From: Minutocellus sp. GHC0000111
Taxonomy: Eukaryota
Reading direction: 5' to 3'
Assembly (NCBI GenBank): GCA_977018835.1
Contig: OZ361256.1
Location: forward strand, 7,440,001-7,504,000
DNA: 64,000 nt
The position numbers were made by a program, and so were the translations under genes. Within the stretch, counting starts at the first letter, position 1. Each line of letters begins with the position of its first letter. The notes under the pieces are model-generated. The model ran no database searches, was not told the origin of the DNA, and was given only the letters and a program-made list of their open reading frames with translations. Shown here one piece after another: positions 55,737 to 64,000 of the stretch.

Positions 55737-57988
55737 CTAAAGTCTACCGCCCTCACCGGCACCTAAGCTGACGCTAGCCGCTCGGGCATCCTCGGCTGCA
55801 TTTTCATCTCCCAAGCGGTCCAAGACGACGCTGTATCTCCACCAGGATTCTGGCGAATTTGGACGCAAACTCACAGCCTCGCTGCATACAGATCTTGCAA
55901 GGCAAAGGCATTCAAAGTCATCTGATAATACAGCCGCGTGGCAAAGACCCTGGTCGAGAAGAGCTCTGGCATCTATATCCCATATTTGGCCATGTCGAGC
56001 CTCTGCAAGACAATTTGCAACAGCCTTCCAAGCCTCTTTGGTCGCTTCATCATTCGCATCACTATCGATTCCTTCTCCACCAAGATTCATAGCTCGACCC
56101 AAGAGGAATGCGCCCTCGGCAAGCTTATTGAAGATAGGTTCGACATTTCCCTCGGTCAAATCTTTGTTTCCCAACACCAACGAGGAGGCAACTCGTGCAA
56201 GAGGATAGAACGCGAGGGCGGAAGACGCATGTGTTTCTTTTGGATAGAATTCCAACGTCTTCTCCCACGCAGCCTTCAGATCCCTCCAACGATAATCTTT
56301 CTCCGATATAGCCCCACAAAATGTTAAGCGCAAAAGCAGCATTGTTGCCTCGGTCGACACTTGCGGTGATGGAGGCAGCCACGTCAAAGCATCGATCGCA
56401 GTTCGCTTTGTACCTTGAGGTCTTTCATCTTCAATATCATCGCTTTGTTTGCTTGCCGTCTCATCTGCATCAGCATTGCTGCCTCCTCCACCAAATAGAG
56501 AGGAAAACATTGACTTGGCCGCTCCTCCTGCATGTTTCATCATCAAGCGCCGTTGGTCCCTCGGGGCCAATCTTGTTGAAGCGATGGCGTCAGGCTCAGC
56601 GTCGTATTGTATGATCCGCTGAAAAGCAGATTCGTACATTCGTCCGGCACTTCGTCCGGCACCTGCCGCGTCTCTGTCCAAGGCAAATCGGGCTCCATAC
56701 CCACCCAATCTAGAGTCATGGAACAGATGACCACATCTCTCGTAATGCTGCGTCCCATCATACCCACTGAGCATCGATGTACCCTCTGACGACCGACCCT
56801 CGGCATCGTATATGCAGCCGCCAGAGCCCAAACAGCCACTCCACCAGCACCGGCATCATCCCTCGTCAATGCCTCCTCGGCGAGTCGCTCGGCCTCGACG
56901 TACCGACCGCCGGCGGCATATCCTACAGCAATTAGGGCAGTGCCGATGGAATGTCCGGGCTGAACGGCATTGGTCACGCCCGGTAGGCCTCTCCTCCCGC
57001 GTTCGTTCCAGTACGATGCAACCGCCGTTGCCGCTCGGAGGGCGGCAGCTCCATCCGACAAAGTGGAGGACACATCCAACGCCAAGGACAGAGCCAGGGC
57101 ATCTCCGGGGCAAAGCTGCAAGATCTTCTGGTAGCATTCCAACGCCTGGCGGTGATCATCATCCAGCAGATGGTGCAATGCCCTGAGATGATGCTGCTCT
57201 CTCGGACTAAGGGTGTCGTCGTCGCTATCCTTGAATGAGGCTGCGTAGTGAGCCATGGGCATCATTTGAATGATGGTAGGATTTCGAGGCGATGCCGCCA
57301 CTGTAGCTGATGACAAAATGCAATCCACATTCGCTACATATTCCGAACCAGCTTGCGCCAGTAGCGGCGCAACTGCCGCCACCACGAGCATGGGCGCAGC
57401 CGTACTGATGCTGGCATCGGCACTGCCCTGGCTTGCCCTCTTTGCACTACCATCATTCCACTGCATGGCTCGCTCAAGCAGTTCCACCCAGGAAATAGCG
57501 TACGAGTGAGCCGATTTGGTCGGGATGCCCTCCTCGTCGGCCCCGCCGTCGGCCGATTTGCCCTTGGAAACGACCGAAACGATGTGAGTGTCCAACGCCG
57601 CCATGGCCAGCGCTGGGTCGCCGGTGGTCCTGTCGTTGCCCCCGAGGAAGGTTACTGGCTCCTCAAAGAAGTCCGAGTAGTGCTGAAGTTGCTGGTGCTG
57701 GGGGTCATTATCGTCTTGCTCTGAAATAGAGGCAGCAGCACCGTCACTGAACGCACGGCAGTGAAGACCTCCTGAGTGAGGGCTGCTGCTCGTACCGCAT
57801 GAAATAGTACGTGTAGTGGCGACACATGATGTGCTGGTTTTGGTCCGAGAATCCAGCGAACGAAGATATCGCGGGTCCACGGCTGTCACTACTGTTCTAT
57901 TCTGTCGCAGCAGGGACCCTACGCCCGCCGCTGCTCGACGTCGGAGGAGGAGTCTGCTGCTCAACATCATGGAGCGGCCGGATGGCAT
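55737..57988 (-). CDS. TTC38-like TPR protein with mitochondrial-type presequence; -1 frameshift near 56812; start uncertain
   Basis: LSPREQHHLRAL, ILQ.CPGDALAL, AE.LA.EAL, AVWALA. The reading continues as YDAEGR..EG in the adjacent frame. Confidence 0.7.
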
Positions 57989-58117
57989 GGAGAATGAGCG
58001 GCGAGGAATGAGCGGATTTGCAGCCATGCATAGCTGGTCCCTTCTCGGGAACAACAGCTCCAACTCAAACTCAAAAGCTATAACCAGCTCATAAAAATTC
58101 AAACGCATCAGCCGACG

Positions 58118-61100
58118 ATGGCGACCTTCGGCGGTGGTCGTGGCGGCAGCAGTGCGCCCGGTGGCGTGGAGACCATCGACTTGTGTTCCGACGACGACGG
58201 TGGGTCGGACGACGAGGTCCAGGTGGTGCAGGTGAATCGTCCGGGGAGGCCCGTGGGCAGCACGAGTGCCTCCTCGGGTCTGTCTCGAGCCGGAGGTGCT
58301 GACGGTGCGGCATCAGCAGGTGCTGCTGGTGGCGGTGGTGGCTTTGTTGAGGACGAATTCGATCCAAGCTGCATCCCAACCATTGAACGCTATGTTCATC
58401 TTCCACCTAGTGGAAATAGCAGAGCCAGCGGCGGTGCTGGCACTGAAGCTAATAAGTTTGGACGGCCGACGGTGACGGGAGTTGCCTCGACGTCATCAGC
58501 GACTGCCAGTAGCAGCACCGGTACTAGCAAGCCCAAGTTTGTGCCCAAGTCCAAGCCAAAGACCAAATCCAAAACGGAGCACAAAGTAAAGCTGCTACTG
58601 CCAGCAAGAAGCGGAAGCACCCCTCGGTCAACGCTGGCGATTCTCGTGCTGCTGGTTCGCAACAACCGTCTTGGAAGCGACCGCCTGCCCAAAACGCAGC
58701 GCCCAGAATGAGGGGCACCAAGATATCACCTCCGACTGATGGCATGTCTTTGTCGCAGGCCCATTCGTTATTGTTTTGTGGTGAGCATATATCTGATGAT
58801 GATCACCATGCCAATGGAAGCAATCGAAAGAACAATAAGAAGAAGGCCAAGAAGAGCAGGAGTCGATCGACCAGTCCAGCTCCATCGATCGCAGCAGCCT
58901 CGGCCGCCAACATGTACAACACGAATCCTGGGAGGAAACGACCAGGATTTGGAGCGATGTGCAAGGAAATGGATCGGTACCTCAAATCCATTGCCAACGG
59001 CCGAGGGTGGCTCACCATGAGTCCCGATTTGGCCGACTGGGCTGATGAAATGCGGGAGGAGTACGCACGATATGTGGAATGGAAGAAGACCGAGAGACTC
59101 CAGGGAGGAGGCAACGGAAGCAACAAACGCAAACGATACCGGAATCGGCCCAAAATGACCGATGAAATGGTCGAAAAGTTGCGCAAGGTTGGCTTTGATT
59201 TGGATGAGAACACGGGCATGTCGCCGCCTAGAAAGTCGAGACCTTCGTCGTCTCGGGGGGCACTGCCAGTGACGCAGTGGAATGATGATGCTCTCGATGA
59301 TGCCGCGAGAGGCACTGGGGCTGACAAAGACCCGAAAAATAGCAATACATCGGGCAACTCCAACTCTCCTCCAAAGAAGAAGAGACCACGGAAGAATAAA
59401 AAGCGGAAAGCGAGCGATGATGCTCCCAACCAAAATGATGCTGCCTCATCAAACAGTCATCCTTCTGATTCAGTGGGCATGAATTTTGGTGGAGGGAATC
59501 CATCCGATGCCAAGTCATCCAACGGAAATATTCGGTTAGATTCCACTACATTGGGGGAAAATATCGTCGCAAATGATGAGGATAGCTCCTCCCTTGCTCT
59601 TGATAGTAACGAAGGTCATAAGGAGAAGTCCCCGCGTCGAGTTTACAACGATCCTGGAGATCCAGTATGTGACATTGAAATTGCGAACCAATCCGAATGT
59701 GAAGATGGCGCGGATATTGGTGGAGAAGACGAAGATGACGACAGGGCCAACGATGAGGAGTTTGCATTCAATTATATTCCGCTTGTTGAGCGCATTGTAA
59801 TGCTTGACTCCGAGACGAATCAGCCCTTGTCACCGAGTAAGCAGCCTCCACCTCGAACGATTGGAATGGAACCAATAATGTCGCCGCCCCAAAAGGAGGC
59901 TGCGTCAGATTCTAATGAAGCACAGAATGTCAAAGCTGAGGGTGATAATGTTGGAACATTTGATAGCTTGGCAGAATCGAAGGGAGCTCAGTCCACTGAA
60001 AGTCTTGATGTGGAATCCACCAAACCTCCTGCAGAAACGGAAGAGCAGCCAACACAAGGTGGGGCGGTACCAAAGGCGGCAGCGAAAAAATCTGCAGCCT
60101 CATCTCCATCTACAGAGCGACCCACGCTACACGCAAAAGCGCAAGAGATGAAGGAAGAAATGAAGGAGAACACAAAGAAGGATCCAGGAGAAAGCTCGCG
60201 AAATTGTCAGGATAAGGACCGTAGTGCTTCGAACGCTCAAGATGATAGCGAAGCGAAAAAGTCATGCAATGATGCCAATGCGTCTGACTCTCAAGATAAT
60301 GGTGACGACCAGGTATCAAAACTGCAGGCTGAGGTCGATGCATTGCGTTCTCAATTAGAAGAGGAAAGGAGGCGAAGAGAAGAAGCTGAGGCTGCCAGGA
60401 CCCAACACCCTACCAATATTGTTTCCGGAGGCGAAGAAGAGCCCGATGATGGTAAGGAAGAAGTTCGTCCAGCCAAAGTGAAAACGGAAGTAATTGAAAT
60501 CGATGACGAAGATGAAGACGATGAATCAGCCGATGTTTCGTCGAAGCCAACTGCCAATGCTTCAGCAGAAGCGAAAGCCAACCCTTCTCCGCGTGAAAAC
60601 GCTATCCCAGACAGTCAGCAGGTGAAGCAGAGAATGAGCGATGCGGTGAAGACAATCCTTTCTTACCCAGATGTGGCTCTTTACGATGCTTTATGTTCTG
60701 CTGGTTTCATATTCAAGGAAATTGAGGCTGGTGAATTCCCAAAACTAGTCGATGAAAATGGTGTCTCTCTTGAGAAGAGAAAGGAGGAACTGAGCCAACT
60801 AATAAAGTCGGAGAAAGGAAAATGTGCGCCGACGAAAACAAACGAAGCAGCAAAGCCAGCAGCAAACAACGACGGTGCCAAAAAGCAAGCGTCCTTGCGC
60901 CAATACGCCAAATCAGCCCAACCCTCATCTCGAGCTACAGCCAGTACTAATAGTCCGACATCGTCTGCAGCAAGTACCAAAAGTAAAACTACCACTCGGA
61001 GTAGCGATAGCACCAGACAACTCGCGTCGAAGCAATGCTGTATCTGCAAGGAGCTTCATCCTCAGTTTCGCTTTTCCAACGAGCAATGGAGTAAACGAAA

Positions 61101-61630
61101 CGGATATTGCCACAAGTGCATGGTGATTGAACGTCAGAAGCAAGCCCAGACTGCTTGGCCGCCTAGACAGGCAGCCCAGTGGCTCCACCGTCGTGATCGG
61201 GGTTCCGAGAAGAAGAAATCATCTACTGCTCATCGACATGAAGATTATCTGTATAGTCAGCAGGAGCAGCAAGATCGCTTGTTTTCGTGAGGCTGCCGAG
61301 CGGGTTAAGCAGCAGCAGCGAATGGCTCAGCAGCAGCAGCAACAGCGCTCGGCAAGCTCCAGCTGGGCAAGCGGCGGTGGTAATAGCTGGGTAAGGGCCG
61401 GCCCAAGCTACTCGGCTCCAGTCGACGATATTAGCAAACTCCCTTCGAATCATTGGTCGTGGCCTGCTCCTCATGCTCGATTAGGCCTTCCAAAGAATGC
61501 TACGATTGCGCAGATCAAAAAGCAGTTCCGCAAAATGGCATTGAGGTACCATCCCGACAAAAATTCGGGCTCAACCAGCCTTCAGGCTTGGCATGCCGTG
61601 AAGGAGGCGTATGAAAATATTAGTTCATAG
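58118..61630 (+). CDS. J-domain protein with helicase-associated (HA)-like and Stc1-like zinc modules; one-base shifts near 58572 and 61284
   Basis: C-terminal LGL..AT..QIKKQFRKMALRYHPDKN; LADW....R..Y....MTDEMVEKLRKVGF; CCIC......FS..QW......CHKC. The three ORFs are joined by single indels in A and T runs. Confidence 0.7.
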
Positions 61631-61693
61631 GCTAAGGGCAAGTAATTACTACGTAATGCCAATTACCACCGGCGAATATTATTAGGCTTGGTT

Positions 61694-62833
61694 TTATCTA
61701 TAAGAATTTGACCTGCCGACATTGATAAGTACCAATTGGTATCTTGAGGATATTGATCCTTGCGCATTTTCGTCAGGCTTGTTGTCTTCACCATTGCCTT
61801 TTATTTCACTATTTGTCTTGTCTATTGCCGCAAATATCGTATCAGCGCTGAGATCGTCCTTCTCGACGGTGTTGTCCAAAAGAAATTGGGCTTGTTGCGT
61901 CCTCACCAGACTTGTCATTGTCGCACAAGTGTTGAGTTCGCGACCAATATCTCTAACGAGCGACCGAATATACGTGCCGCCGCCACATTCAACGTCCAAT
62001 CCAAAGGACGGCAACCCTTCGCCCTTTTCGTTAGTGGGGAGCAATTTGAGATCATAAATGGTAACCTCTCTGGCCTCAATACCGAGCTCTTCGGCAGTTT
62101 TTCCTTTGCGAGCTTCTTCGTAGAGCTTTTTGCCATCCTTTTTCAGGGCAGAAAAGATGGGAGGCACCTGCATAATTTTCCCAGTGAACTTTGGAATTAC
62201 CTCCTCGATTGCGTCCATTGTCACATGATCGAAAGGTTTGGTATCGATGATGTTAGCTTCCGGCGCGACATCACCTGTGTCAGTTTCAATACCAAGCTTT
62301 ACACCTGCGGTATATCTTTTGCTCCCTGATAGAAAGCCCTGGAGTTCTTTCGTGCCTTTGCCAACACCCACAACGAGCACACCCGATGCCATGGGATCGA
62401 GCGTTCCTCCATGACCCACGCGTACCACACCTTTTTTGGCACGTCGCCTCGGTTTTCGGACCTCAGCTCCACGGTTCCTAGCATCCCTTTCCAGTATCCC
62501 ACATATGTAGGAGACAACATCATTACTCGACCACTCCAGCGGTTTGTTCACTGCAAAGATTCCCTCGCTTCGGTAGAGAGGTACGTCCTCTTTCTTTTCC
62601 TTCTGGGCCTTTTCTTTGGTGGCATCTTCTTGGGTTTCGTCTACCTTTTGCCTCTTGGCTGAGGGTTCAGCTGACTCGGTGGACATGTTCATTGAGGTCG
62701 TCGATAGTGATGCTCGGGTGACGATTCTGGCCGGGCTTGTGAATGCCAAGACGTTACGAGCACAACTGAGCATAACGATGACAAGCGCCACGGTGGCTGG
62801 AAGGAACGGCAGACGGCCACGGCTGTCGCTCAT
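61694..62833 (-). CDS. truB: tRNA pseudouridine-55 synthase TruB, plastid-type presequence
   Basis: NKP...SS..VV, GHGGTLDPMASGVL, PPIFSALKKDGKKLYE.AR, CGGGTYIRSL..DIG. Signal peptide ending VLAF. Confidence 0.93.
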   Translation of the reverse strand: MSDSRGRLPFLPATVALVIVMLSCARNVLAFTSPARIVTRASLSTTSMNMSTESAEPSAKRQKVDETQEDATKEKAQKEKKEDVPLYRSEGIFAVNKPLEWSSNDVVSYICGILERDARNRGAEVRKPRRRAKKGVVRVGHGGTLDPMASGVLVVGVGKGTKELQGFLSGSKRYTAGVKLGIETDTGDVAPEANIIDTKPFDHVTMDAIEEVIPKFTGKIMQVPPIFSALKKDGKKLYEEARKGKTAEELGIEAREVTIYDLKLLPTNEKGEGLPSFGLDVECGGGTYIRSLVRDIGRELNTCATMTSLVRTQQAQFLLDNTVEKDDLSADTIFAAIDKTNSEIKGNGEDNKPDENAQGSISSRYQLVLINVGRSNSYR

Positions 62834-62981
62834 CGTGAGAAAAATGAAACGAAATGGTGAAATGAAACGACAACGGAAAGACGGGAGACGACGAAAAGAC
62901 GTTCTTTCGGAGAGTGCACGAGGCTTCAACTGATACACAAAAGCTTGTTGTGTTGACGTTTCTATTAGCTTTTTTTTTCTA

Positions 62982-64000
62982 TTATTCGTCGTCAGGGCCC
63001 GGTTCGCATTTTCCATCTGCGACACATTTCTTCCACACGGGGATGAGCATTTCAGCGATTTCCTTGGAGCTTGCTCGTTCTCTCCAATCATGAACATGCA
63101 CCGTTTCATTGCCTCTCTCAATACTTTGACAATAGGGTTCTTACTCTCGAGCAAATCTTGCGACAGCTGAGGTCGTTTGCCGTTTTTCACCATTCGTGTG
63201 ACACGCTTGGAACCTCCCTTATCGTACTCCTTTCGAACGGATCTTCTCCTGTCAGCAAGCTGAAAAACATATTTCCCATACTGTACACGTCAATCTTTTC
63301 TGTTTGAGGACCATACTCGTACTCCTCGGGCGAACGGTAGAGCCACGCATTGTAGTCCCCATATTCGTACGGGCAATTGCCAGCATTGCTCGTCGAGTTC
63401 CAATAAAGGAACGTGCAACGGTTGAAATCATTGAGTTTGTATCGCTTCTTCCCGTTGCCGACATCAACAGCAACAAACTGATTGGTGTAAATGTCGGCAT
63501 GGGCGATGGCCGGCGCCTTGTGATTGAAGTTGTGCAGATCCGATATCGCTCGAGCCATCTGCACAGCAATGTTGAAACGTTCCTCCAAAGGCAATGGTTC
63601 TTCCTCGTAAATTATATCCGAGACGGCGCCACCGGGGGCGTACTCGAAGGCACCAGAGTTGCCGCAGAAACTATAAATGTCCAGTATTCGCTCGGAACTG
63701 GTCAATTCATTGAATGTGACTGCGTCCATCCTATGGCGCTCAAAGGACCACTCATCCATATCGTGTCGATATCGCAAAGTCTTCAATACCCTCAAGGTCA
63801 CGCCATCGTATTCTCGGACTGCCCAGACATCCCGAAAGTATCCATGAGCCAAAATACGAACCTGTCGATGCTCAAAGTTCCTCTCGTGACTTAAATCTGT
63901 CAGATCTACCTGGTGCACATTGTTGCATGTAGGATACGACATGGTCTGCCACTCATGCATAGGCACACACTCTGGTTTGTCTTGATAGGGTCGAAGGGCC
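62982..64000 (-). CDS. Divergent protein kinase (HAD..QF / DFN type), 5'-truncated by window edge; one-base shifts near 63232 and 63097
   Basis: G.FRDVW, VLKTL, HADI..NQF, KLNDFN, YRSPEEY, EKIDVYSMGN. Adding one A and one C gives the C-lobe ...GKRP...AMKRCHVHDWRERASSKEI. Confidence 0.8.

Noticed and set aside
62834..63193. 120-aa N-terminal extension of TruB in the ORF track
   Set aside because: It is the frameshifted C-lobe of the upstream kinase plus intergenic DNA. TruB has its own signal peptide from 62833.
23080..63240. Programmed frameshifting or insertional RNA editing as a common cause of the frame breaks
   Set aside because: No shared slippery motif, the missing base differs (A, G, C) and one site has an extra T. 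Error or decay is simpler.
1..64000. tRNA or rRNA genes
   Set aside because: None recognised by eye. A tRNAscan-SE/Infernal run would be needed to exclude them.

Overview
Gene-dense eukaryotic nuclear DNA with short GT-AG introns. Bipartite plastid-targeting presequences (signal peptide plus AF motif) and the gene content point to a diatom or related photosynthetic stramenopile; this is an inference. About 27 genes are present. They include phytochelatin synthase, thymidylate kinase, GCN2, an ACT-domain Raf-like kinase, a Mei2-like RRM protein, SAR1, an atypical Hsp70, PP2C, RNase HII, QCR9, a SUN-domain protein, a six-chromo-barrel protein, TTC4/Cns1, an LYR protein, a TTC38-like protein, a J-domain protein and TruB. 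Non-genic structure includes a 194-bp Tc1/mariner-type MITE, an exact 627-bp tandem duplication and several smaller repeats. Eight genes are interrupted. Most single-base shifts can be repaired by changing the length of a short base run and may be assembly errors. A nonsense codon, a large deletion and a chimeric truncation look like real decay. I see no clear multi-gene novel system. The best leads are single genes: a prokaryote-like PqqB-type metallo-hydrolase fused to a long acidic region, a bacterial-style SGNH-vWA-PKD surface protein, a QCR9 with a presequence and poly-acidic tail, and two unusual chromatin/chaperone domain architectures. All family assignments come from motif recognition by eye; no database searches were run.
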